A stretch of DNA of 64,000 nt from an uncultured bacterium (GCA_963780225.1 CAWAAX010000026.1:13403-77402), one strand, 5' to 3'. Positions 1 through 9,258 are shown, numbered from the stretch's first letter. Notes: generated from the sequence alone by a model not told the origin. Program-made: numbers and translations.

Positions 1-2
1 AG

Positions 3-992
3 CGGGGCCTGCCGGCCTATGTCTTCATCCCGGACCGTCAGAAGCTGAGCGCGGCCGGGCTGAACCCCCTGATCCTGGCCCAGCTGCTGCGGGCCGGCAA
101 AAGCGGCCAGGTGGCCACCACCCTGCGTCAGGGGGACCTGGACATCGACCTGGAGATCTCATTCCTGGGCGCCGAGACCGCCGGGCTGGCCCAGATGGAG
201 AGCTATCCCGTGGCCACCCCCTTCGGCGGGACGGTTCCCCTTAAGGCCCTGGGCACATTCCGGGAGGGCGAGTCTCCGGCCGAGATCAACCGCATCAACC
301 AGCGCCGCACCGCCAGCGTTACCGGGGAGTTCGCCCCCGGCTCCGGCAAGCGAAAACTGACGGCCCGGCTGGACCGGATAGTTTCGGAACTGAACCTGCC
401 CCGGGAGTACCAGGCCGAAAAGCGCGGGGCCCAGAAGGCCATCGCCCAAAGTTTCGGGACCCTGGGGATCGCCCTGCTGATCTCGGTGTTCCTGGTTTAC
501 ATAGTGATCGGGGTCCAGTTCAACAGCTTCATCATCCCCTTCATCATCACCCTTTCCATCCCCTTCTCCTTTCCGGGGGCGGTGGCCGGCCTGCTGGCCT
601 CGGGACAGGCCCTTAACCTTCCGTCATTCCTGGGGATCATCATGCTGGGCGGGATAGTGGTCAACAACGGCATCATCCTGCTGGACTTCATAATCGAAAA
701 CCGCCGCCGGGGCCGGGAGCGCAACAGCTCCATCCTGGAAGCGGTCCGGGTGCGGTTCCGGCCCATCCTGATGACCACCCTGACCACCATCCTGGGCATG
801 CTGTTCCTGGCCCTGGATATCGGCGGCGGGGGCGAGGCCCTTTCGCCCCTGGCCAACGCGGTGATGGGCGGACTGTCCTACAGCCTGCTGGTCTCGCTGA
901 TCCTGGTGCCGGTGGTCTACACCTTGTTTGACGACCTGATGTGCCGGTTCAACAAGGCCTGCCTGCCATCCCGGGCGGGGGAGGGAAACTGA
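3..992 (+). CDS. RND efflux transporter permease (AcrB/CzcA family), C-terminal part; the 5' end lies upstream of the window
   Basis: The reading frame is open from the window start. It encodes hydrophobic RND-type C-terminal TM helices (..FIIPFIITLSIPFSFPGAVAGLLASGQALNL..LVPVVYTLFDD), and the high-GC codon usage matches the neighbouring genes. Confidence 0.75.
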   Translation, partial: RGLPAYVFIPDRQKLSAAGLNPLILAQLLRAGKSGQVATTLRQGDLDIDLEISFLGAETAGLAQMESYPVATPFGGTVPLKALGTFREGESPAEINRINQRRTASVTGEFAPGSGKRKLTARLDRIVSELNLPREYQAEKRGAQKAIAQSFGTLGIALLISVFLVYIVIGVQFNSFIIPFIITLSIPFSFPGAVAGLLASGQALNLPSFLGIIMLGGIVVNNGIILLDFIIENRRRGRERNSSILEAVRVRFRPILMTTLTTILGMLFLALDIGGGGEALSPLANAVMGGLSYSLLVSLILVPVVYTLFDDLMCRFNKACLPSRAGEGN

Positions 993-1119
993 GCCGGGTT
1001 ATTTTAACCTGAGGCTTTCCCGGAGCAGACAGGAGCGCCTCCGCTGAAGCTCTGGCGCTTGAAGAAGTCTGGCATTGAAGCGTAAGCGGATCAACATGAT
1101 TTAAATATTAATACTTGAG

Positions 1120-1491
1120 CAAATGATTATCCCATCAGCTTCGGAGACAGGGAGAACGCTAGGTGCCAACCCCGGTTGTCGCGTTAAGAACCATCAGTGA
1201 GCATCGCAGTTGATGGCGGTTAATAGCTTGTCTGCGCCTGTTTGAGGGCTTGGCAAAAGACCGAGTTCAGACAAGCCCGCCGTCAGCGAGAAGCGCAGCG
1301 CCCGGATGGTTCTTTGCGACGAGCTTTCCTTCGATTAGTTAAGCACGATGTCATCTCAGGACATGTTTAAGTTCTTTTTCTGGGAGCCTGCCCTGAGTAT
1401 GCCTACTTGCCATGCAAACGAAAGGGGCGGTACAAAAAAGAAACGTCGTGCTGAGATGGGTGCTGTGCTTTACTGACGAAGTAAAGAACAT
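1120..1491. repeat. Copy A of a ~370-bp inverted repeat pair; noncoding, with several internal stem-loops. Its reverse complement is at 30713-31115
   Basis: I aligned 1120-1491 by eye against the reverse complement of 30713-31115. The core is about 90% identical, with a ~30-nt indel and divergent outer ends. Neither strand has a long ORF. Internal hairpins include GCTTGTCTG...CAGACAAGC and GGGCTTttgccAAGCCC. Confidence 0.85.
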
Positions 1492-1591
1492 ATATGAGAC
1501 AATATCGGTATTTTTACCTAACCAGCCATATTCCTTCTACTTTTCCGGAACAAGTCATAGTTACCCCAAATATAATTTAACAGACAACTCA

Positions 1592-2422
1592 ATGAACGAA
1601 ACCAGACAGACATCAACTTCCTCCTGCGGCTCCTGCTGCACCAAGCTGGTGCGGGTGGGCGTTAAACTGGGCAATAATGTGGTGCTGGAGGACATCAACC
1701 TGCACCTGCACTGCGGACAGCTGACGGCCATCGTCGGCCCCAACGGGGCCGGCAAGAGCACCCTGCTCAGGACCATTTTGGGCGAAGTTCCGCACACCGG
1801 GCATGTCCATTTTCTTGATTCGGGCCAGCAGCGCCGGGACAAGCCCTTCATCGGCTACGTGCCCCAGCGGCTGGAGTTCGACCCCTCGGCCCCGCTGACG
1901 GTGTCCGACCTGTTCGGCGCGGCCCTGCAAAAACGCCCGGCCTGGATGGGCCTGTCCCGCGGCCAGCGCAATATTGTAGAGGAGGCCCTGAACACCGCCG
2001 GGGCCGGGCACCTGCTGAACCGCAAGCTGGGACAGCTTTCGGGCGGCGAGCTGCAGCGGGTGATGCTGGCTTTGGCCTTGACCCCGCTGCCCGACCTGCT
2101 GCTTTTGGACGAGCCGGTCTCCGGGGTGGACATGGCCGGGGTGGACGCCTTCTATGAAATGGTCTCGCAGCTTCGGAAACGCTACCATCTGTCCATCATC
2201 CTGGTCACCCACGACCTGGCGGCGGTGGCCGGCTTCGCCGACCGGATGATATTCCTGAATAAAAAAATAATCGCCCAGGGCCCGCCGGCCCAGGTGCTGG
2301 GTCATCCCCTGGTCCAGCAGATCTTCGGGCGGCTGAAACCGGAGCCGAAGCAGGAAATCCCGGAAAATGCCGAACCGGTACCCCATGACTGCATCGCCTG
2401 CGAACTGGAGGCCAAGCCATGA
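1592..2422 (+). CDS. Metal (Zn/Mn-type) ABC transporter ATP-binding protein (ZnuC/MntB-like, ABC-3 system)
   Basis: Walker A GPNGAGKST, ABC signature LSGGELQRV and Walker B LLLLDEP are present. The N-terminus is Cys-rich (SSCGSCC). The stop overlaps the next gene by 4 bp. I place the start at ATG 1592, because the ORF-track start at 1412 falls inside the repeat. Confidence 0.85.
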   Translation: MNETRQTSTSSCGSCCTKLVRVGVKLGNNVVLEDINLHLHCGQLTAIVGPNGAGKSTLLRTILGEVPHTGHVHFLDSGQQRRDKPFIGYVPQRLEFDPSAPLTVSDLFGAALQKRPAWMGLSRGQRNIVEEALNTAGAGHLLNRKLGQLSGGELQRVMLALALTPLPDLLLLDEPVSGVDMAGVDAFYEMVSQLRKRYHLSIILVTHDLAAVAGFADRMIFLNKKIIAQGPPAQVLGHPLVQQIFGRLKPEPKQEIPENAEPVPHDCIACELEAKP

Positions 2423-3252
2423 TGAATTTTTGGCAGCAAATGATAGGGCTGCTGCCCTTTGAATGGGCAAAATTCGCCTTCATGCAGAACGCCCTGCTGG
2501 CGGCCCTGCTGGCCTCGCTGCTTTTGGGGGTGCTGGGCACCATGGTCATCAGCCGGCAGATGGCCTTCTTCTCCGATGCCATCGGGCACGCGGCCCTGAC
2601 CGGGGTGGCCATCGGCGCGCTGTTGGGGCTGGGCGACCCGCTGTGGGCCATGCTGATCTTCTCCGCCCTGCTGGCCCTGTCCTTCAGCTTCTTAAGGCAG
2701 CGCACCAAGGCCTCGGCCGACACCGTGATCGGGCTGATCATGTCCTTTGCCGTGGCTTTGGGCATAGTAATCCTTTCCCGGAGGGGCGGGTTCAGCCGTT
2801 ACTCCCAGTACCTGATCGGCGACATCCTGAGCGTGGGCCCGGCCGACATCGTCAAACTGCTGGTACTGCTTCTGGCGGTGGCTGGATTCTGGGTGTTCTA
2901 TTTCAACCAGATAATGCTGCTGAGCCTCAGCCCCTCGCTGGCCAAAAGCCGCCGGATCAACACCGGCCTGGCCGAGGCGGCCTTCTCGGTGATGACCGCT
3001 CTGGTGGTGACCGTGGCCATCCAGTGGGTGGGCCTGCTGGTGATCAACGCCCTGCTGATACTGCCGGCGGCCGCCGCCCGCAACCTGGCCGGCAACATGA
3101 GGCAGTACCTGTGGCTCTCGGCGGGTTTCGGCCTGGCGGCCGCGCTGACCGGGCTGATCGCCTCGTACTACTGGGCCACCGCCTCCGGCGCCACCATGGT
3201 GCTGGCGGCCATGGCGATCTACCTGGCGACCCTGGCGTTCAAAAGGAAGTAG
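2419..3252 (+). CDS. Metal ABC transporter permease (ZnuB/MntC-like, ABC-3 family)
   Basis: It is 277 aa and polytopic, is coupled to the upstream ATPase through an ATGA overlap, and has typical ABC-3 permease length and hydrophobicity. Confidence 0.8.
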   Translation: MMNFWQQMIGLLPFEWAKFAFMQNALLAALLASLLLGVLGTMVISRQMAFFSDAIGHAALTGVAIGALLGLGDPLWAMLIFSALLALSFSFLRQRTKASADTVIGLIMSFAVALGIVILSRRGGFSRYSQYLIGDILSVGPADIVKLLVLLLAVAGFWVFYFNQIMLLSLSPSLAKSRRINTGLAEAAFSVMTALVVTVAIQWVGLLVINALLILPAAAARNLAGNMRQYLWLSAGFGLAAALTGLIASYYWATASGATMVLAAMAIYLATLAFKRK

Positions 3253-3387
3253 CGTTCGGTTCATCTGAAAACACCACCGGATTAACCACGGAAGCACGGA
3301 ACAACTGAAGCCACGGAATAACTGAAATATTCCTCATTCAGTGTTTCAGTGGTAAAGGGAATATCATAAATATAATATTGGTAAACA

Positions 3388-4509
3388 ATGAAAAAAACAT
3401 TTTTCTCATTACTGGTCTTACTGCCGTTGCTCTGGTCCTCCGTCGCCCTGGCCACCCTTTAATGCGCCCAATGCCGGAAATGGATCACCGCCAAGGACAG
3501 TTACATCGAGCACGAGGGTAAGGTCTACTGCTCCCAAAAGTGCTTCGCCCAGGCCATGCCCAAGTGCGCCACCTGCGGAAAATCAATCGCCGACTGGCAA
3601 GGGACTGGCGGGCGGCTATGTCTATACCAAGGATAAATATTACTGTTCCGATGAATGCTTCCAAAAATCCCTGCCACTCTGCGCGTTCTGTAAAAAACCA
3701 ACCAAAGGCGGGCTGCGGTCTAACGAGGACCCCTCTAAAATCTACTGCTCCCAGGAATGTTATCAGACCACCCTGCCCAAATGCGCATTGTGCGGGACGG
3801 TCATGCAGTCCTGGACCGAGATCGAAGGCGCAAGAAATTCTGCGAAAGCTGCAAAAAACTTCCGGAATGCTTCAACTGCCAGAGGCCCGGGGCCGGCCGG
3901 GAGTCCAAGGACGGCCGCCGCTGGTGCGATTCCTGCATGGCGTTGGCGGTAATGGATAAAGCTGCGGCCCAGCAAATGTTCGAACAGATGCGCCAGGACA
4001 TCAAACAGCAGCTGGGAGTTCATACCGGAGACACCATCGCCTTTCATATGGTGGACGCCGACAGCCTGGCCCTTTTATTGGGGCACAAGAATTTTGCCGA
4101 GAGGGGTTTTTACCGTTATAATGTCCAATACACGGTGACAAAGAAGAAAGTAAAAAAAGTGACCCGGGAAATATTTGACATTTTCATCCTTTCCGGTCTC
4201 TCGCCTGCGAATTTCAGGGACGTGGCGGCCCATGAGCTGGCCCACGACATCAACTATCGTTATTTCCCCAAGGTCCAAGTCCAAAGGGAGGTGGAGGGCT
4301 TTGCCGAATATGTTTCAGCTTTGATGAACAAATACTGGGGCCAGGCCAAGGTCAACGAAAGCAAGATCCACAACCAGCAAAAGGAATACGCCGAGGCCTA
4401 CAAGTATTTTTTAAAGCTGGGAGAAAAGGGCGGACTGAATGCGGTGTGGGAACACATGGAACGGCAAAATCAAAATAAAAAAGCAAAAACAAAAAAAGAT
4501 CAAATGTGA
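3388..4509 (+). pseudogene. Disrupted gene: signal peptide, then four FCS/TRASH-like zinc-ribbon repeats (CxxC...YCSxxCF), then a C-terminal HExxH domain
   Basis: The signal peptide MKKTFFSLLVLLPLLWSSVALATL is followed by an in-frame TAA at 3460-3462. Repeat units KVYCSQKCF, KYYCSDECF, KIYCSQECY and KKFCESC follow. The frame goes from +1 to +2 near 3605 (a G-run) and back to +1 near 3830. The intact C-terminal ORF 3757-4509 carries AAHELAHD. Confidence 0.55.
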
Positions 4510-4522
4510 TCTAAAGAGCGTG

Positions 4523-5194
4523 ATGGTGCAAAACAATACTCGCTTAATTCTTGCATCCGCAGTTTGCTGTCTGCTGCTATCCTGCGGCAAGCCTGCCCAA
4601 CCCAAGGTATCCATGTGGGATAACTATGTTGATAGCGTTAAATACCGGATCCCGGAGAATGATTCCCTGGGCTACTTCAGCCTTTCTCCCGAGGGAAACA
4701 GGATCTGTGTGCTTTTCAAAAAAGGATCTCAATGGCACGTCATCATCAATGACAGACAATACGATACTTTTAAGGCAACCTTTAACGACAGTTTTGATCA
4801 AAAGCCAAAGGTGACAGTCAGCCCCGGAGGCCAAAGAGTAGGCCTGAGCTTTATCCGGAAAAAATCATGGCAGACCCGGTCCGAACTTCAGAAAAAAAGC
4901 AGTTCTTCTGTTGCCTCAACAGACACCAGCCAGTGGTATGTGCAGATAGACCAGAATATATTTGGCGGCTACGATGGCGATTTTGCCCCAAATATTATTT
5001 TCTCCCAAAGCGGCAGCACTTTCGGCTTCGTCTACAAGAAGGACGGCAAGTATTACGTGCAGGTGGGTGATACAACCTTCGGGCCTTATTTAAGGGCCGA
5101 TCTGGCGATCAACGAGAAAGAAGAAATTTACATTGCCTACATCAAAGAAGGTTATGCCAGCATCGAAAGGGTGGAGCAACTACCGGGCAGGTAA
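4523..5194 (+). CDS. Hypothetical lipoprotein
   Basis: ATG at 4523 followed by the lipobox-like LLLSCGK. No recognisable family. Confidence 0.55.
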   Translation: MVQNNTRLILASAVCCLLLSCGKPAQPKVSMWDNYVDSVKYRIPENDSLGYFSLSPEGNRICVLFKKGSQWHVIINDRQYDTFKATFNDSFDQKPKVTVSPGGQRVGLSFIRKKSWQTRSELQKKSSSSVASTDTSQWYVQIDQNIFGGYDGDFAPNIIFSQSGSTFGFVYKKDGKYYVQVGDTTFGPYLRADLAINEKEEIYIAYIKEGYASIERVEQLPGR

Positions 5195-5214
5195 ATCTCC
5201 AAGATAAGAAAACA

Positions 5215-5246
5215 GAAGAGCCCCGCCGTTGGCGGGGCTCTTCTGT
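5215..5246 (+). terminator. Rho-independent terminator for the 4523-5194 gene
   Basis: GC hairpin AGAGCCCCGCCgttgGCGGGGCTCT followed by a T-run. Confidence 0.6.
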
Positions 5247-5276
5247 TTGGGGGACAGGCCTCTATCTGTAAAAAAC

Positions 5277-5312
5277 AAAAGCCCCGCCATCGGCGGGACT
5301 TTTGAAACTGTG
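5277..5312 (-). terminator. Rho-independent terminator for the minus-strand micro-ORFs
   Basis: On the minus strand the hairpin AAAAGTCCCGCCGATGGCGGGGCTTTT is followed by a T-run. Confidence 0.5.
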
Positions 5313-5326
5313 TTAAGAAAACTCAG

Positions 5327-5368
5327 TTATTTCTTTTTCTTCTTGGCGGCTTTCTTCTTGGCTGGCAT
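5327..5368 (-). CDS. 13-aa lysine-rich micro-ORF (MPAKKKAAKKKKK)
   Basis: A GGAGGT Shine-Dalgarno sits 5 nt upstream of the ATG. I translated it by hand. Confidence 0.3.
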   Translation of the reverse strand: MPAKKKAAKKKKK

Positions 5369-5454
5369 GATTAAACCTCCTTTCTTACCGGAATTCCTCC
5401 GGTACTTAAAATTGTGGTTTGTTCTGTTAGCAAGCCAGATAATTTATGCCGATC

Positions 5455-5529
5455 TTACTTCTTTTTCTTTGCAACCTTCTTGACAGCCTTCTTCACGACC
5501 TTCTTGGCGGGTTTTTTTGCGCAAGCCAT
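5455..5529 (-). CDS. 24-aa lysine/alanine-rich micro-ORF (MACAKKPAKKVVKKAVKKVAKKKK)
   Basis: A GGAGGTG Shine-Dalgarno sits 6 nt upstream of the ATG. The composition matches the C-terminal tail of leuC at 48640-48807. Confidence 0.35.
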   Translation of the reverse strand: MACAKKPAKKVVKKAVKKVAKKKK

Positions 5530-5619
5530 TATTTTCACCTCCTTAAATTTAAAATATTAGAATCTTGTACTAATTGTGTATAAATATACAATATATTGTA
5601 TATTTGTCAAGAAAAAAAA

Positions 5620-5780
5620 TAAAAATATTTTTTGGTGGATAACTTTTATTACATTGCATAAAAATGGAATTATTGCAAAACCCTTTAAAATCAATAGTCT
5701 TAGAGTGTTTACAGATTATTTGTTTGCTGTAGATAAAAAAATATCCACAACACAATAGGTAGTGTTGTGGATAACTAAAT
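5620..5780. promoter_or_regulatory. AT-rich intergenic region with three DnaA-box-like 9-mers, one of them a perfect TTATCCACA
   Basis: GGTGGATAAC (~5633), ATATCCACA (~5744) and TGTGGATAA (~5768, perfect on the other strand) lie in a ~300-bp spacer of under 30% GC. Confidence 0.4.
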
Positions 5781-6007
5781 TTTGATTTTTCCAAAGATTT
5801 TTTTCAAAAAGTCCCAAGATCTTCAAGGGACAAGGGTTTTCAGGGAGGAGCTTCTAAAATATATTGTACAACCCGCATAAATACTATGGTTTTCAAAATT
5901 AAGCAAAAGAATTAAAATAAAAAACTTAAACGGCAAACATCATCGGTGCAAAAAATAAAACAGCCAAGAACCTGACGGGTCGAAAAGGATCTCCTGATTT
6001 TAAAGCA

Positions 6008-6802
6008 TCAATTATTATTGATGATCTCACGATGGGGGTAGGCCTGTCTTATTCCCCGTTCCAGCAGCAATTTTAAAATGTTTTCGTTCAGGTCGGAAAG
6101 GCTTTGCAGGTAAGCCTCTCCTTTGACCCATAAAAAAAGATCCAGTTTGGTGCCGCTTTCCCCGAAACCCTGTACTACCGTGAATGGATGAGGATCAGGC
6201 AAGGTGTGCTGATAACTGCGGGCTTCAGTTAAAATTATTTTCTTGACCGAAGCTAAATCAACGTCCGATCCCAGCCTAAAACTAAGACTAAGCCGCCGGG
6301 TCTTGTAGCGGGTAAGGTTTACTATTTTATTCTTGATCAGGTTTTCGTTGGGTATCCGGACGTAGAGGTTGTCGAAGGTCCGCAGCTTGGTGGACAGCAG
6401 GTCGATGGAGGTGACCGTGCCCTGTTGGCCCTCGAAGTCTATCACATCATCGATCTCGAAGGGCCGGTCCATCAGCAGGAAGAAGCCGGAGACGATGTTG
6501 GCCACCGAGGTCTGGGCGGCGAAACCCAAAGCCACCGACATGATGCCGGCCGCCGCCAGGATGGCGGTCAGCTTGACGTCAAAGATGTCCAGCACCGCCA
6601 CCAGCACCAGTATAATCACAGCATAATATACTACCTTGCCGATCATCATGGCGGTGTGCTTCTCCGATTTTTGGGCGGCGGCCTTCTCGGCCATCTTGGC
6701 CAGGGCCTTGGCGATGAAGAAACCGATGGCCATTGTGATCAGGCCTTTGACGGCCATGCCGGACTTGAGCCACTCGGGTAGTTGTTGGATGAATTCTTTC
6801 AT
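6008..6802 (-). CDS. Small-conductance mechanosensitive channel (MscS family)
   Basis: N-terminal TM helices and an MscS beta-domain (IDDVIDFEGQQGTVTSIDLLSTKLRTFDNLYVRIPN). I chose the start at internal Met 12, which has an AAGGAG RBS; the ORF track extends it to 6838. Confidence 0.8.
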   Translation of the reverse strand: MKEFIQQLPEWLKSGMAVKGLITMAIGFFIAKALAKMAEKAAAQKSEKHTAMMIGKVVYYAVIILVLVAVLDIFDVKLTAILAAAGIMSVALGFAAQTSVANIVSGFFLLMDRPFEIDDVIDFEGQQGTVTSIDLLSTKLRTFDNLYVRIPNENLIKNKIVNLTRYKTRRLSLSFRLGSDVDLASVKKIILTEARSYQHTLPDPHPFTVVQGFGESGTKLDLFLWVKGEAYLQSLSDLNENILKLLLERGIRQAYPHREIINNN

Positions 6803-6989
6803 GGGGGCTCCTTTTTTGCCACTAAGGCACAAAGGCACAAAGTGTAAATTATGTTGTTCGAAAGGAAATGTATTGTATGAGGCTATGGTTTCTTGTCACA
6901 AAAAATACTTTGAATTGAGCTGAAGGAATGCTAAGTTCCGCAGATTATTTCCCATTTCCCAGTTCCTATTTCCAATTTATTTATTTAGT

Positions 6990-7868
6990 CTACCGATGCA
7001 GTACCCTCTTGGCCAGGGCCGTGCCGCCGGCGCACCAATTCACCAGCCGGCTCCACAGGTCCTGCAGCCAGAACCAGGGGGAATCATGGTCGATTTTGTG
7101 CTTCAGGTCCCACAGGATGTCCGTAACATAGACCCCGCAGCGGCGCAGGGCGAAAAAGTCCGTTAGGTTGTTTTTTATGGGGGGCGAAAAACTGCAGGCC
7201 GAGAGATACCCGGCGTCAAGTGCTGCCTGCTTTACCGCTTCATTGTAAAGCCCGAAGGGGTAGGACAGGGTGGTCACCGGCAGGCCCAGGTTCTGTTCCA
7301 TCACTTTACGTGATCCCGCCAGCTCTTCTCTCAACTGCTCCGGACTTAAAGAACGCAGGTCCCGGTGGTTTTGGGTGTGGGAGCCGAACTCGATCCCGCA
7401 GGCCTGCATCTCCTTCATCTGTTCCCAGCTTAGGTGCCCAAACTTCAATCCGCCCCAGTTGATGTCCCAGTCATTCATTTTTCCTACGTAATCCGTGACC
7501 ACAAAGACGGTGGCGGTGAAGCCGTATTCCTTGAGCAATGGAAAGGCGTGCTGGTAAAGCCCGGCATAAGCGTCGTCAAAGGTCAGACAGAGGTATTTCT
7601 TCCCGCCGCAGTCTCCTTGTCGCATTAGTTCCACGGCCCGGGACAGGGTAACACTTTGGTAACCGTTCCGCTTGAAATAATCCAGATGCCCGGCAAAACG
7701 CTTGGGGGAGATCATGGTTCCGCCCAGCTCCAGCCGGGTATCCACCTTATGATAGGTCAGGATGGGAATGGATCCTTTGGCTGGCGGGCCGAAGCGCGCC
7801 TGCCAGAAAAAGTAGAGCAAAGCCCCGGCCAGGGCGAGTGACATTAGGAATATCATAAATATCTGCAT
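6990..7868 (-). CDS. Polysaccharide deacetylase family protein (NodB homology domain) with an N-terminal TM anchor
   Basis: NodB motif YLCLTFDDAYAGLY plus His-rich downstream motifs, and an N-terminal hydrophobic helix. Confidence 0.75.
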   Translation of the reverse strand: MQIFMIFLMSLALAGALLYFFWQARFGPPAKGSIPILTYHKVDTRLELGGTMISPKRFAGHLDYFKRNGYQSVTLSRAVELMRQGDCGGKKYLCLTFDDAYAGLYQHAFPLLKEYGFTATVFVVTDYVGKMNDWDINWGGLKFGHLSWEQMKEMQACGIEFGSHTQNHRDLRSLSPEQLREELAGSRKVMEQNLGLPVTTLSYPFGLYNEAVKQAALDAGYLSACSFSPPIKNNLTDFFALRRCGVYVTDILWDLKHKIDHDSPWFWLQDLWSRLVNWCAGGTALAKRVLHR

Positions 7869-8069
7869 TGTCTGAATTTTACCGCCTAAAGGCTCAGGTT
7901 GTCAACCAAAATATGATCTTGTTTTTTTGGTAAAACTCTTGACTTTTTATGCTCTTTGTGAAATAATTCACTTTCTGTGCTCCAAATATACCAATGGTCA
8001 TTATTTTTATTCTGACCGCGGTATTTAAGGGGCCATTCGTTCATTCTATCAAAGATACTATTTTATTTT

Positions 8070-8135
8070 GCCACAAAAAGCACAAGGGACACAAAATCGG
8101 AAAGAATATTTGTGTCTTGGTGTCTTTGTGGCACG
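8070..8135. promoter_or_regulatory. Imperfect palindrome upstream of the hydrogenase cluster; a second copy lies at 27176-27238
   Basis: GCCACAAAAAGCACAAGGGACACAAA, a 14-nt centre, then TTTGTGTCTTGGTGTCTTTGTGGC. A candidate -35 TTGACT is at 7943. Confidence 0.4.
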
Positions 8136-8169
8136 CAATCATTTCAATCATACTTAAGGCAATAAAAAT

Positions 8170-9255
8170 ATGCCGGAAAAGACGGTTTATTCGCTGGCCA
8201 AGGTCCAGGTGCCGGAGCTGATCGCCAAACTGCTGAAGTCCCAGAACGAGGTCTGGGCTCCGGTGAAGGGCGAGGGAGGCGACACCTTTTTGTCGCAGAT
8301 CGACTCGGCCAAGCAGATAGCCCCTGAATACGTCAACGGATTCCTGGGGGCCAAGCGCTATGTGTTTCCGCAGCTGGAGGAGCTGTTCCGCTTCAAGAAG
8401 GGCAAGAACGGCACTACTCTGGAAACGGAATCCGGCCAACCCCGGGCGGTGATCTGGGGGATAAGGCCCTGCGACATGTCGGCGGTTAACTATTTCGACA
8501 GCTTCTTTGGTCAGGGCGCCAAGTCCGGCCCGGACTGGAAATCGGGCGATCCTCTGCCGGACCCGTTATACGAAAAGAGGCGGGAGCGGGCGGTGTTCAT
8601 CACCCTGGCCTGCAACCAGGCCGGGCCGAAATGCTTCTGCGTCTGCACCGATTCCGGTCCGTTCCTCTCCAAGGGTTTTGACATCCAGTTGACCGACCTG
8701 GGCACCTATTATCTGGTTGAGGTGGGGAGCCCCAAGGGAGATGAGTTCGTCAAGGAGTTCAAGACCCTGTTCGGCACCGGGAACGAGAACGATGTCAAGC
8801 TCCGCCGGAAGCTGGAAACTGAGGCCGAGAAGACTTTCCAGCAGCCGGTAAGTTTCTTTGCCAAGGCCATGCGCAAGCTGGACGGCGGCAAGGTGGACCA
8901 GAAGTTCTGGGAGAAGGTGGCCGGATACTGCATCGGCTGCGGCGGCTGCATCTACGTCTGCCCCATGTGCAGCTGCTTTGACGTGGACGACAAGATGGAT
9001 TCCGATACCGAGGGCCTGCGCTACCGGGCTTGGGACACCTGCGACTTTGCCGGGTTCACCCGCGAGGTCTCGGGACACAACCCCCGGGCCTCAAGGGCCG
9101 ACCGCCGGAAACGCTGGTTCTACCACAAGCTGTCCATGGACTATCTGGAAAAGAACCCGGTGATCGGCTGCGTGGGCTGCGGCCGCTGCGTGGTCACCTG
9201 CCCCGGCGAGGTGGACATGGCCACGGTGGTGAGGTGGATGCGGAAGGTCGAGTGA
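8170..9255 (+). CDS. 4Fe-4S cluster protein, sulfhydrogenase beta (HydB) / anaerobic sulfite reductase AsrA-like
   Basis: Three Cys clusters (CNQAGPKCFCVC, CIGCGGCIYVCPMCSCFD, CVGCGRCVVTCPG). It pairs with the downstream PyrK-like flavoprotein. Confidence 0.7.
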   Translation: MPEKTVYSLAKVQVPELIAKLLKSQNEVWAPVKGEGGDTFLSQIDSAKQIAPEYVNGFLGAKRYVFPQLEELFRFKKGKNGTTLETESGQPRAVIWGIRPCDMSAVNYFDSFFGQGAKSGPDWKSGDPLPDPLYEKRRERAVFITLACNQAGPKCFCVCTDSGPFLSKGFDIQLTDLGTYYLVEVGSPKGDEFVKEFKTLFGTGNENDVKLRRKLETEAEKTFQQPVSFFAKAMRKLDGGKVDQKFWEKVAGYCIGCGGCIYVCPMCSCFDVDDKMDSDTEGLRYRAWDTCDFAGFTREVSGHNPRASRADRRKRWFYHKLSMDYLEKNPVIGCVGCGRCVVTCPGEVDMATVVRWMRKVE

Positions 9256-9258
9256 CCT

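Noticed and set aside
1120-1491. The inverted repeat as RNase P RNA, tmRNA, SRP RNA or an rRNA fragment
   Set aside because: A GGAAAGCTCG segment and a GGTGCCAACCCCGG segment vaguely recall RNase P CR-I and P4. The universally conserved P4 (AGUCCGG..ACAGAACCCGGCUUA), the tmRNA termini and T-arm, the SRP GGAA-tetraloop helix and the rRNA primer sites are all absent
1412-1591. Extended N-terminus of the ABC ATPase from the ORF-track start at 1412
   Set aside because: That stretch lies inside the inverted-repeat element and shows no codon periodicity. ATG 1592 (MNETRQ..) gives a conventional N-terminus
2205-3308. Long overlapping ORFs in alternative frames and strands (2205-2765 -, 2463-3308 +, 13983-14639 -, 14649-15560 -, 24011-24853 -, 34403-35833 - and similar)
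   Set aside because: They are typical high-GC shadow ORFs. Their composition is Arg/Gly/Pro-rich, they lack motifs, and each lies fully inside a well-supported gene on the other frame
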